Assembly: GCF_963921235.1 (NCBI RefSeq)
Contig: NC_086097.1
Coordinates: forward strand, 13,268,001-13,332,000
Reading direction: 5' to 3'
Source: Mobula hypostoma
Taxonomy: Eukaryota
DNA: 64,000 nt
The notes beneath the pieces are model-generated. The model saw nothing but the letters and a program-made list of their open reading frames with translations, was not told the DNA's origin and searched no databases. Positions 1 to 11,911 of this stretch are shown here, piece by piece; the stretch's first letter is position 1; every line of letters begins with the position of its first letter. Made by a program: the position numbers and the translations under genes.

Positions 1-350
1 TTGATATACACAAAATTATGAGGGGTATAGATAGGGTAAATGCAGGCGGGCTTTTTCCCCTGAGGTTGAATGGGACTACAGTCATGGGTTAAGGGTGAAA
101 AGTTTAAGAGGAACATGAGGGAATACTTCTTCACTCAGAGGATGGTGAGAGTGTGGAATGAGCTGCCAGTGCAAGTGGTGCATGTGAGCTTGATTTCAAT
201 ATTTAAGAGAAGTTTGGAGAGGTGCCTTTAGGGTAACTGTATGGAGGGCAATTGTCCCGGTGCAGGTCAATAGGAATAGACATTTTTAATGTTTTGGCAT
301 GGACTAAATGGGCTGAAGGGCCTATTTCTGTGTCTGTACTTTTCTATGAC
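1..350 (+). mobile_element. CR1 LINE 3' fragment (cut by window edge)
   Basis: Decayed CR1 ORF2 C-terminus (YKIMRGIDRV-like; FFTQRMVRVWNELP) followed by the 3' UTR ending gggcctatttctgtg...ttctatg, as in other CR1 copies in the window. Confidence 0.85.
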
Positions 351-454
351 CCTAGTTCCAAAACCCCCTACTATCAATGTTCTGCACGTCACTTTTGACC
401 GAAAACTTAACTATACCAGCTATATCAATACTGCGGCCGTATTGCGACTACAGA

Positions 455-1901
455 TCGGAAATCCTGCAGTGCAACATACCCAAAATGCTGGAGGATTTCG
501 GCAGCCCGGGTAGTATCTATAGAAAAGAGTTAAACAGTTGATGCTTTGGGCTGACGCCCTTCGTCAGGACAGGAAAAATGATGAGAAATCAGAGTAAGAA
601 GGTAGGGGGAGGGGAGGAAGAAGTACAAGGTAGTAGGTGATAGGAGGGGGAGTGGTGAAGAAAAGAGCAGGGGAAGTTGATTTGTGAAGGAGATAAAGAG
701 CTGGAGAGGAAGAATCTGATAGGTGGAAGACATGGAACAAAGGGAAGGAAAAGGAGCACCAGAGGAAAGTGATGCACAGGTAAGGAGATAATATGAGAGA
801 GGGAAACAGAAATGGGGAATAGTGAAGGGGGAACATTACCAGTAGTTTGAGAAATCAATGTTCATGCCATCAGATTGAAGCTACGCAGATGGAATATAAG
901 GTGTTACTCCTCCAACCTGAGTGTGGCCTAATTGCGGTAGTAGAGAAGGCCATGGACTGACAAGCCAGAATGGGAACGGGAAGCAAAATTGAAATGCGTG
1001 GTTACCAGGAGTTCCCGCTTTTTCTAGTAGGTGGAATGAAGGTGCTCAGCAAAGCGGACTCCTAATCTATGTCAGGTCTCAGCGATATACAGGAGGCCAC
1101 ACCAGGAGCACCAGATACAGTTTTTGACCTCGACAGTCTCACAGGTGAAGTGTCGATGGTAGTGAGGAAGGAGGTGTAGGGGCAGGTGTTCCACTTTGAA
1201 GGATAAGTACAGGATGGAGATCAGTGGGGAAGGATGAGTGGAAAGCCAGTCCATAGGGAGTGATCCCTGGGGAAAGCGGAGAGTGGCGGGACAGTGAAAG
1301 ATGTGCTTGGTGACTGTATCCCCATTGGAGATTGTGGAAGTTATGGAGAATTATGTGCTGGAAGTGGAGGCAGGTGGGGTGGTAGGTGAGGACAAGAGGA
1401 ACCAACCCTGATGTGGCGGTGGGAGGGAAATGGAAGAGATGCGGGTGAAGGAATGAAAGCCCCTTTATTTGAAGAAGGAGAAAATCTCATTAGTTCTGGA
1501 ATTAAAATCCTCATTCTGAGAGCAGATACCATGGAGACAGAGGAACTGAAAGAAGGGGATGGCGTTTTTACAGGTGCCTGGGTGGGAAGAGGTATAGTCG
1601 AGGTAGCTGTGAGAATCAGTGGGTTTATAAAAGATGTCAATAGATAAATTATATCCAGAGATAGAGACGAAGAGATCGAGAAAATGCGGGAAAGTGTTGG
1701 AAATGGACCAGGTAAATTTGAGGGCAGGGTGGAAGATGGAGGCAAGGTTGATGAAGTCGACGAGCTCAGCATGGTGTAGGAAGCAACATCAGTGTACTTG
1801 TCGATGTCGCATAGAAAGAGTTGGTGAGCGATACAGGTGTAGGCTTGAGACATAGACTGTTCCACATAGCCGACAAAAAGGCAGGCATAACTGGGACGCA
1901 T
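455..1901 (-). mobile_element. Penelope-like element, 5'-truncated: RT fragment, GIY-YIG endonuclease remnant and 3' pseudo-LTR
   Basis: ORF 1341-1901(-) begins PSYACLFVGYVEQSM...QLFLCDID (PLE RT, decayed YIDD region). ORF 1072-1254(-) has HFTCETVEVKNCIWCSWCGLLYIAET (GIY-YIG with CxxC). A pyrimidine-rich 3' region and a hammerhead-like motif (about 535-570) follow. Several frameshifts. Confidence 0.85.
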
Positions 1902-1914
1902 GACTACACCTTTG

Positions 1915-2240
1915 GTTTGACCTGGCCATCACCTCCCTCTGGTGCTCCATCTCCTTCCCATTTTTCCATGATCTTCTACCATCTCCTATCAGATTCCCCC
2001 TCTTCTAGCCCTTTATATCTTTCACCAACTTCCCAGCTCATGACTTCATCCCTGTCACCTGTCACCTGTCACCTGTCACCTAGCACCTTGTACTTCTTCA
2101 CCTGTACCCCCCAATTTCTTACGCTGACTTCTCATCAAATATTTGCTCTTTTCCATAGATGTTGCCTGGCCTGCTAAGTTCCCCCAGCATTTCCTGTATG
2201 TTGCTTTGGATTTCCTGAATGTGCAGAATCTCTCATTTTT
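1915..2240 (+). mobile_element. Inverted copy of the Penelope pseudo-LTR at the 5' truncation point
   Basis: Reverse-complement similarity to about 455-770 (e.g. cctatcagattc...ctcttc vs gaagaatctgatagg; ccccagcattt vs aaatgctgga). Confidence 0.75.
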
Positions 2241-3224
2241 ATGATTCACCTCTTGATTGCCCAAACCTTTTCACATGACACAACTGAGGAGTATAAGAGA
2301 AAAACTCTGCCTGCCTATGTCAATGAAGTCTCTCGGGAAAAGATACTACATTAAAGAACGTTAATGAACTTCTCCGGGAATGTACCTCATAACTGTCAGT
2401 CACAGTCACTGAGAGTGAAGGATTATTTAAAGGAATGCATCCGCTGCTCGGGAATGGATGGCACATGTTGTAGATAAAGACAGTGTTGTTGCAGAGCATA
2501 CCATGGGTTAGAGGGCTATTTAAGCCTTGCCCTGTCTCCTCTATCCCACTAAAAGCACGAAGGTGTCATTGACAGTTTTTCGGGGAAAACTAGCTCACAA
2601 CAATTCTGAGCCAAAAAAGTTCCCAGATCAGGGCTGCCCTTCTCCGTGGTTACAAGGTTGATGCGGAAGTTGTGTAATCTGCTGCTCGGGTTCATTATCC
2701 TTTACCTGTCCGTCAATCAGAAATAAAGTACCTAAAATTGGGCTGGGAACAATGCGAGCCTCAGGCTAAGAAAGACTTCATGACATGAATCATGGTATGA
2801 AGACTCCAAACAGGCAGAAATTAACTCTTACGGAAACCCGGCCTGTTTTGCCGTGCAAAGCAGAAGGAAAGTCAGTAAACTTTATGTAGAATATCTGATT
2901 TCCATTTAAAAATTAATTATTATTCTGACTCACACAGAAATGGCAAGCAAGTGGAACAAAAAAACATAATAATTTAGGTATACCTCAGAAAAACATTTGA
3001 AAACACCTCACTCATAATGAATTGCCCTTATATAGTGATCACTGTATTTAATATGTGGCAAGAACCCACATATTAAACTGATGCTGGTGGCATAGATGAA
3101 AGAGAAATATACTGAGAGAACTCAAAACTGAGAGAATTGGATTTTCTTTGAATAATTTAAATGGATCATTCATGGCCTCACAAATGGAAATTAAAATCCT
3201 GATGTACACATTGCGGAGTATTAA

Positions 3225-3965
3225 CATAGAAAACATAGAAATCTACAGCACATTACAGGCCCTTGGACCCACAATATTGTGCTGACCGTGTAACCTACTC
3301 TAGAAGCTGCCTAGAATTTCCCCACTGCATATCCCTCCATTTTACTAAGCTTCATGTATTTTAAGTGTCTCTTAAAATACCTTATCTTATCCGCCTCTAC
3401 CACCTTCACTGGCAGTGCATTCCACACCCCCACCACTCTGTATGAAAAACTCACCTCTGACATATCCCTTGTACCTACTTCCAAACACCTTAAAACTATG
3501 CCCCCTCTTGTTAGCCATTTCAGCCCTGTGAAAAAGCCTCTGGCTATCCACACAATCAATACCTCTCATCATCTTATACACCTCTATAAGATCAACTCTT
3601 ATCCTCTGTTGCTCCAAGGATAAAAGGCCAAATCCACTCAATCTATTCTCATAAGGCATGCTCTCCAATCCAGGCAACATCCTTGTAAATCTCCTCTGCA
3701 CTCTCTCTATAGTATCCACATCCTTCCTGTAGTGAGGTGACCAGAAATGAACACAGTACTCCAAGTGGGGTCTAACTAATGTCTTATATAGCTGTAACAT
3801 TACCTCATTTTCCCTGAACTCAATGCGATGGCTGATGAATGCCAACACACCATATGCCTTCTTAACAACACTGTCAAGCCGCACAGTAGCTTTGAGTGTC
3901 CTATGGACATGGACTCCAAGATCTCGCTGATCCTCCACACTGCCAAGAGTCTTACCATTAATAGT
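3225..3965 (-). mobile_element. CR1 LINE 3' fragment
   Basis: ORF 3387-4016(-) has QRDLGVHVH...LYKTLVRPHLEYCVHFWSPHY...ERVQRRFTRMLPGL; tail repeat (aacatagaa)n at the left end. Confidence 0.92.
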
Positions 3966-4044
3966 AAATGGCACAGCTTCTACTTTAGGCCTCCAACACT
4001 TTGCAGTACAGGCCACCAGGTTTTATTTCCCGCCGCTACCTGGT

Positions 4045-4255
4045 TGTATGTACTCACCGTGACTGGGTTTCCTCTGGGAGCTTCGGTTTCCTCCCAAGCC
4101 CAAGGTGTACCAGTTGGTGGGTTAATTGGTCAGTCATTGTAAATCGTCCCACGATTAGGTTAAGGTTAAATTTGGGTATTGTAGGGTGGCGTGGTCGAAG
4201 GGCCGGAAGGGCCTACTCTGTGGGGCCTACTCTGCGCTGTATCTCAATAATGAAT
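4045..4255 (+). mobile_element. V-SINE (HE1-like) fragment
   Basis: V-domain-like gggtttcctctgggagcttcggtttcctccca...ggttaattggtca...tgtaaat; at least 10 similar copies in the window. Confidence 0.7.
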
Positions 4256-5242
4256 AATTATAAATGCTGACTAGTGAAATTGCGTTTCAGCCCTCGTGCC
4301 CATTCTCATAGAAGCTCAGTCCACAGCTGACTCTGTAAGGAACTGTATCTTTGTCTTCTAAAGTAACCAAACAAGCCAGCATATAGTCCTGTTCCATTCA
4401 ATAATTGGTCACTTCAAAACATTTGAAAATTCTTCTGCTCTTCTCAAGATTCTGCAACCACCAATGTAAACCAAATTCCTCTTCTAATCTTCCTACGGAG
4501 TTGGGGAAGGAGAGGAGTGAACCTCTGTGATCCTGGTGCACCAGCTGCCGCTGCACCCTTCAGAGGTGCGAACATCCCCCCCACTGAAAGTTATTGATAC
4601 AAGAGCTAATTCCAGATGGTAGAACAGCTAGTAGAACCACTGCCTGATAGTTGCAGTGACTAGGGTTCTATCCCGACCTAATGGAATTTTCTCATTTTAG
4701 AGCCAAAGAGTCTAAGAGCACTAGAGCAAGGAGCAGACTCTTTAGCCCATCTACGATAGTGTACAATAATCTTAGGTACATGTAAAAACATTCAAAGTAA
4801 GTTTTATAATCAAAGTACATATATGTCACCATATACAACCCTAAATTTCATTTTTCTGCAGGCATAGTATAACAGGATCAATGAAAGATCAACCAGAGTG
4901 CAGAAGCCAACAAACTATGCAGATACAAATATAAATAAGAAGCAATTAGTAACAAGAACATGAGATAATCAGATAAAGAATCTTTAAAGTGAGATCATTG
5001 GTTGTGGGAACATCTCAATGGATGGTCAAGTGAATGTTGTTATACACTTTTACTCAAGAACCTGATGGATGAGGGGTAGTAACTGTTCTTGAACCTGGTG
5101 GTGCAAGTCCTGAGGCTCCTATGCTTTCTACCTGATGGCACCAGCAGGAAGAGAGCATGACCTGGGTGGTGAGGATCTCTGATGATGGATGCTGCTTTCT
5201 TATGACAGCATTTCATGTAGATTTGCTTAATGGTTGGTAGGG

Positions 5243-7642
5243 TGTTACATATCCTGTGAGCTTGATGTAATTATCATGTGAACGTTATGTCATTATCTTG
5301 TGATGGGCATGATGTAATTGTCTCATGATAGCGAGGTGATGTGATGTCATATGATGGCATGTTCCAAACGGTATTTAAACAAAGCCCGCCACTGTGACAC
5401 AGTTCTCATTTTTATTTTTGGTGCAATGTTGTTGTTGCCGGTGGGATATTTGGAGACACCACCAGTTTTGTTTGTTGTACGTTTATTTTTCCCTTACAGT
5501 CCAGTATCGGGGAGTGAAGGCATTACCAGAGTTATCCGAGTTTAAAGGATTGGGTAAAGTTAATGCCGTTCAGCGTCTTCGGAATGATTGATCATTTTGA
5601 ATTTTCATTCGGGAATGGTGGCATGCACATTTGAGTGAAACCCCTGCAAGGTCAGAAAGGTTTGTGCAGTGACCACCCTCCAGTCAAAAGGTCAGTTCCT
5701 TTATTTCTTTAGACAAGACATCTCTCGGGTGTGATCGGCAGATTCGTCATTACTTCGAAGGAATAAATTGAAGAAATTGAAGAGATTGAAGGCAGATAAA
5801 TCCCCAGGGCCAGATGGTCTGCATCCTAGAGTGCTTAAGGAAGTAGCCCAAGAAATAGTGGATGCATTAGTGATAATTTTTCAAAACTTGTTAGATTCTG
5901 GACTAGTTCCTGAGGATTGGAGGGTGGCTAATGTAACCCCACTTTTTAAAAAAGGAGGAAGAGAGAAACCGGGGAATTATAGACCGGTTAGCCTAACGTC
6001 AGTGGTGGGGAAACTGCTGGAGTCAGTTATCAAGGATGTGATAACAGCACATTTGGAAAGCGGTGAAATGATCGGACAAAGTCAGCATGGATTTGTGAAA
6101 GGAAAATCATGTCTGACGAATCTCATAGAATTCTTTGAGGATGTAACTGGTAGAGTGGATAGGGGAGAACCAGTGGATGTGGTATATTTGGATTTTCAAA
6201 AGGCTTTTGACAAGGTCCCACACAGGAGATTAGTGTGCAAACTTAAAGCACACGGTATTGGGGGTAAGGTATTGGTGTGGGTGGAGAATTGGTTAGCAGA
6301 CAGGAAGCAAAGAGTGGGAATAAACGGGACCTTTTCAGAATGGCAGGCGGTGACTAGTGGGGTACCGCAAGGCTCAGTGCTGGAACCCCAGTTGTTTACA
6401 ATATATATTAATGACTTGGATGAGGGAATTAAATGCAGCATCTCCAAGTTTGCGGGTGACACGAAGCTGGGTGGCAGTGTTAGTAGTGAGGAGGATGCTA
6501 AGAGGATGCAGGGTGACTTGGATAGGTTGGGTGAGTGGGCAAATTCATGGCAGATGCAATTTAATGTGGATAAATGTGAAGTTATCCACTTTGGTGGCAA
6601 AAATAGGAAAACTGATTATTATCTGAATGGTGGCCGATTAGGAAAAGGGAGGGTGCAACGAGACCTGGGTGTCATTATACACCAGTCATTGAAAGTTAGC
6701 ATGCAGGTACAGCAGGCGGTGAAAAAGGCGAATGGTATGCTGGCATTTATAGCGAGAGGATTCGAGTACAGGAGCAGGGAGGTACTACTGCAGTTGTACA
6801 AGGCCTTGGTGAGACCACACCTGGAGTGTTGTGTGCAGTTTTGGTCCCCTAATCTGAGGAAAGACATCTTTGCCATAGAGGGAGTACAAAGAAGGTTCAC
6901 CAGATTGATTCCTGGGATGGCAGGACTTTCATATGAAGAAAGACTGGATGAACTGGGCTTGTACTCATTGGAATTTAGAAGATTGAGGGGGGATCTGATT
7001 GAAACGTATAAGATCCTAAAGGGATTGGACAGGCTAGATGCAGGAAGATTGTTCCCGATGTTGGGGAAGTCCAGAACGAGGGGTCACAGTTTGAGGATAA
7101 AGGTCTTTTAGGACCGAGACTAGGAAAAACTTCTTCACACAGAGAGTGGTGAATCTGTGGAATTCTCTGCCACAGGAAACAGTTGAGGCCAGTTCATTGG
7201 CTATATTTAAGAGGGAGTTAGATATGGCCTTGTGGCTACGGGGATCAGCGGGTATGGAGGGAAGGCAGGGGCGGGGTTCTGAGTTGGATGATCAGCCATG
7301 ATCATAATAAATGGCGGTGCAGGCTCGAAGGGCCGAATGGCCTACTCCTGCACCTATTTTCTATGTTTCTATGTTTCTATGAATCATTGTTTCGGGGAAG
7401 TCTCTCCTTAGTGACTGTATAAATCACATGGACTTTTGAATTTACCATTTTAAGTCTGTGCTTGGATGAGAACTCGCTAAGAACAGTTTATCTGTTTGTT
7501 CGATATAGTCACCCAACTATTAACATCCAGTTAAGTTAGTCGTTCGCTTACTTTTTGATGTTTTGAGCAGAGGTTAATAAATCTCGTGGTTTGTTTATAA
7601 ACCCTGTCTCAGTTTCCTGTCCATTGTTGCTGGTTCATAACA
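5243..7642 (+). mobile_element. Solo LTR (about 0.8 kb after removing the nested CR1)
   Basis: Termini TGTTA...TAACA (inverted), flanked by 4-bp TSD AGGG (5239-5242 and 7643-7646). TATA-like TATTTAAA at about 5372 and AATAAA at about 7576 give the orientation. Confidence 0.8.
5768..7381 (+). mobile_element. Young 5'-truncated CR1 LINE, 447-aa RT ORF fragment with mutated catalytic motif
   Basis: ORF 5768-7111: KSPGPDG, NYRPVSLTS, SQHGF, YLDFQKAFDKV, GVPQGSVLEP, FAGDTK (FADD expected); frameshift near 7100; 3' tail (ttctatgt)n ending about 7381. Confidence 0.95.
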
Positions 7643-9534
7643 AGGGCTTTACCCATGATGTACTAGGCTGAATTCACGACTTTTGTAGAATTTTCTAGTA
7701 CAAAGGCATTGCTGTTTCTATTCCAGGCTGTGATGCAGCTAGTCAATACACTCTCCTCTAAACAACTATAGAAGTTTGTCAAAGTTCTGTAAAAATTCTG
7801 TAAAGCAAAGATACTTCCAAAAATAATGAAATGAAAAGTTTCCAAATATCAAATAATTTAGTATAAAGAGCAGTAAACAGTAAAAAAAATCTAAATCAAA
7901 TCAATATTTGGTGTGACCACTCTTTGGCTTTAAAACTGTATCAATTCTCTTAGGTACACTGTCATGCAGTTTTATAAGAAAATGAGCTGGTAGGTTATTT
8001 CAAGCATCTTGCTGAATTTGCCACAGTTCTTCTGCAGATTTGGCTGCCTCGCTTGGTTCTGTTTCTCCAGGCAGCCTCAATAATATTGAGATCAGGGCTC
8101 TGTGGAGGCCATACCATCTGTAGCAGAACTCTTGTTTTCTTTTCACTGAAGGTAGTTTTTCCATGACTTAGCCAAGTGTTTGGGGACATAGTCCTACTGC
8201 AGAATGAATTTCAGACTGATCAGATGCCTCCCTGATGGCATTGTGTGATGGATGAGAATCTGCTTGCACTCCTCAGTGTTGAGGATTCCATTAATTCTGA
8301 CCAGATCACCAACTCCATTTGCAGAAATCTAGCCGCAAACCTGCAGGGAACTTCCACCGTGCTTCACTGCTGGCTGCAGACATTCATCTATGTGGCGCTC
8401 TCCAGCTCTTCTACAGATAAACTACCTCCTGCCTGAGCCAAGAATTTCAAATTTTGACTCGTCAGTCCATAGCACCTGCTGGCATTGTTCAGCACCCCAG
8501 TCCACAGGTCTGTGCAAGGTAGAGTTTCTTGGCTTTGTTTTCACTTCGAAGGAACGGCACTTTAGCAGCAGCTTTTCCATGAAGACCACTTCTGACAGGA
8601 CTTCTCTGGACTGTAGAAGGATGTACTTGGGTTCAAGTGGTTTCTGTGAGTTCAGGGCTGGACTTTTTCGGATTTAGAAGGGACGTCAGTTTGATATATC
8701 TCTCGTCTGCTGCGATCAATTTCCATTGGCTGACCAATTGCATTTCTGGTCCTTAACCTTGCCTGTTTCTTTGTGCTTCTTCTGAACAGCTTGAACAGAT
8801 CAACTTGAAACCCCTGTCTGCTGTGAAATTTCTCTTTGGGAGAGACTTTGCTGATGCAACATGACCACCTTGTGCTTTGTTGCTACGCTCACTCTTGCCA
8901 TGGTGAAAGAATGGATGAATTGAAGGTCAAGCTGTCACATCTGCCGCACCCTCACCTTTCAGTTTGTTTATCCTTCTTTCTCCACCTTTTTCAATTAATC
9001 AGGTTAATTCATTCAACTCATTCTGTCATTGATCATTAACATCTGTTTGATATCATTGTTTAATCATACACTGGGCTAGAGTAATCAAGTTTTTATTTGT
9101 AAAGTGGCCTAAACTAAATATGTTACTTTCTTTAATGAAACATAAAAAAATCTCTGTAACATTTAATCCTTTGGAAAATCTATGTTTGGAATGTAAAATT
9201 TGCTCTTTTCTACTGCCACACTAATGCAGAACAGCTCATTATGGTGTTTGCAATTATATGTCTACTTCCACTAACCTTCTCTGTAGCCATAACATTATAT
9301 CCTGCTTTCTGATTTTTTTTCTTTTGACTACATTTATGTAGTGTTGTATGATATAATCTGTCTAGATAGAATGAAACAAAAGCTTTTCTCTGTTTCTCAG
9401 TGTTCTTGTGTCTTCTAACAATGGGATTGAAGCAGTCCTTGAACCTCATGGAACATGTTACAGTTATAGAGTCATACAGCACTACAGAACAGAAGCCCAT
9501 CTGGTTAGGGTTGAACTATTATTCTGCCTAGTTC

Positions 9535-9720
9535 TTAAACTTTTGTATCTTTTGGACAATTGGAGAGAAGAGAGAATGATCATGGTGGGTGGACATCTTG
9601 ATTAAGTTGTCTGCTTTCATGATGCAACTGGAAGTGTAAACAGAGTCAATGGAAGAAAAGCTGGTTTTCACAATGGGCTGGGCAATGTTCACAACTCTGC
9701 ATTTTCTTGCTATCTTGGGC
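9535..9720 (-). mobile_element. Rex1/Babar fragment
   Basis: ORF 9528-9752(-): RVVNIAQPIVKTSFSSIDSVYTSSC...NLIK...HHDHSLFSP. Confidence 0.7.
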
Positions 9721-9944
9721 AGTTCAGGCTGTTTGTATTTGCACAGAACCATGGATAACTTGCCTGCTCATCTCTGGATTATTGCCACAAGAACTTTTAC
9801 ATCCACCAGAAGGATCAGGTATAGACTTGGTTAAAATCTCCTCTCAGTAATGGCACCCTTTATCAGTGCAGCTCTCCGACCACGGTGCCCTGAATTGCCA
9901 GCACAGGATTGATAGATGGACGTTTGTGCTCCTTCTGTTGTAAA

Positions 9945-10147
9945 AGCCACAAGAAGCTGTGGAGGCTAAGTCATTGTGTATATTTAAGGCAGAAGTTGAT
10001 AGATTCTTGATTAGTCAGGTCCTGAAGGGATTTGGGGAGAAGGCAGGAGATTAAGGCTGAGAGGGAAATGGATCAGCCATGATGAAATGGTGAAGCAGAT
10101 TCAATGGGCCAAATGGCCAAATTCTCCTCCTATATCTTATGGTCTTA
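9945..10147 (+). mobile_element. CR1 3' end
   Basis: gccacaagaagctgtggaggctaagtcattg...gggccaaatggcc...tcttatggtctt (CR1 3' UTR hairpin and tail). Confidence 0.8.
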
Positions 10148-10371
10148 AAAATTAATTAGACGGCACTAGACCAAGCTAGCGTGTACTAGATGGCTTGAAG
10201 GGCCTGTTTCTGTGCTGTAACACTCCATGACTATGAGGGGATGTGTGAAATCAACACGAGAGCACATGTAGAAGGTTCTAGAACTGGAAAGCAGTAAAAC
10301 ACAAGCTTGCATTTCTCTCCACCCACATCCCACACTCTACACTGATATAAATGCTCAGAGACACTTAAAAG

Positions 10372-10372
<1 letters not shown>

Positions 10373-10426
<54 letters not shown>
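10373..10426. repeat. (TG)27 microsatellite
   Basis: Perfect dinucleotide run. Confidence 0.97.
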
Positions 10427-10427
<1 letters not shown>

Positions 10428-10719
10428 ATTCACAATGGGAATGGTGGAACTGACTGGTTCATGAGCTACATGGAGGGAGCCTCTTTGAAACATTCTGGTT
10501 ACAACTACTGAGTGATCAGTTTAAGTACAGCCTCTGCCTTGTGAATGCACCCATGACATCTTAGAACAAGTGAAACTGTTATTCCCAAGTTCTTCCCCTC
10601 AGTTTGACTGCGGAACCCCTGGAAAGAACAAGAAAGAGTTTCCAATCCAGCTGACAACACGGTCAAGACACTGTGGCCAATATCGATTTTCTTCACAGCT
10701 CTATAGACACAGAAGCAGA

Positions 10720-11260
10720 CAAAGTCCATCAAACTCTAGAAAATTTCTACAGGTGTACCATGGAGAGCATTCTTACTGGCTGTACCACTGTCTGAAATGG
10801 GGGGGCGGGCGCGGCTACTGCACAGGATCGAACCAAGCTGCAGAGAGTTGTAAGCTTAGTCAGCTCCATCATGGGCACCAGCCTCCCTGGTATCCAATAC
10901 ATCTTTAAGGACAAATGCCTCAGAAAGATGGTGTCCATCACCCAGGTCATGCCCTCTTATTGTTACCATCAGGAAGGAAGTGTAGAATCCTGAAGCCGCA
11001 CACTCAACAATTCAGGGATAGCATCTTCCCCTCTGCCATCTGATTTCTGAAAGGACATTGAACCCAAGAACATTACCTCATTACTTTATAATTTCTATTT
11101 TTGCACTACGCTTCTTATTTAATTTAATTATATATATATATATACACATACGTACTGTAATTCACATTTTTTTCTCTATTATCATGCTGCTGCTGCAAAG
11201 TCAGCAAATTTCACGACATATGCCAGTGATATTAAACCTGATTCTGATTCTGATACTGAA
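10720..11260 (+). mobile_element. Rex1/Babar 3' fragment with (ATTCTG)n tail
   Basis: TLENFYRCTMESILTGCTT-like coding remnant, PSGRK...HTQQFRDSIFPSA, tail attctgattctgatactg. Confidence 0.85.
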
Positions 11261-11639
11261 TTGAACACCTTCACTTTAAAATCAGTTACATGAAAAATAC
11301 CTGCCCAATTGTTCATAAACAGGAAAAACAATGTTCAATCGTTAGTGAAACAATGGCTGAAAAAAATTGGCTATTCATTTTGTTGAGCTGGTAATTCATC
11401 ACTTGGCAATCACAACCGAGAGGACCTTTCCCCTTGGTTTTGGCCTTTCATGTACACTTCCAAGCCAAGCCAAGCAATCCAAACTCCTGCGGTATTATCA
11501 TAAACACTGTGAAGGGCAGAGGCTTACATCTCTTTGAAACAAAACTTTATTGTTGCGCAAATCAATGTTCATTTTGCTTGAAACATCTGACAATCTTGTG
11601 TTTTCTCTGCGCATACATCAATATACACAAAGAAAAACA

Positions 11640-11870
11640 TGCATGTATCTGTGTATGTACACAGACATGTTGGCTGGTATGTACGTACACATGCAGACAT
11701 ACACACACCCACCAGTACACACACACACACACACACACATTTATGTTCAAAGTCAAACAAGGATGCACACACAGCACACTGTCAAATATCTTCAAGCACA
11801 CTCTCACATAATCTCATTCACACATGTACCAATTCATCATGCACTACACACAAACACCCATACATACTGA
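11640..11870. repeat. CA-rich low-complexity / degenerate microsatellite
   Basis: Interspersed (CA)n runs; source of several spurious His/Thr-rich ORFs. Confidence 0.8.
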
Positions 11871-11911
11871 TGGATCTCTGTTTAATTTCTGATCCTTCGG
11901 GTTCTTTTGGG

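Larger units (their letters stand above)
4791..7787 (-). mobile_element. Rex1/Babar LINE 3' fragment split in two (4791-5242 and 7643-7787)
   Basis: Minus strand reads AASIIRDPHHPGHALFLLVPSGRK...TTRFKNSYYP (about 5070-5200) and TLTNFYSCLEESVLTSCITAW (7663-7845 ORF), the typical Rex1 ORF C-terminal (DUF1891-like) region. Confidence 0.85.
4754..9230 (-). mobile_element. Decayed Tc1-family DNA transposon interrupted by nested insertions (left TIR remnant 4754-4790; body 7788-9230)
   Basis: ORF 7995-8189(-) contains WPPQSPDLNIIEAAW (Tc1 DD34E C-terminal motif). 4752-4790 (TA cgatagtgtacaataatcttaggtacatgtaaaaa) looks like a degraded Tc1 terminus that resumes at 7788 (tgtaaaaattctgtaaag). Confidence 0.75.
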
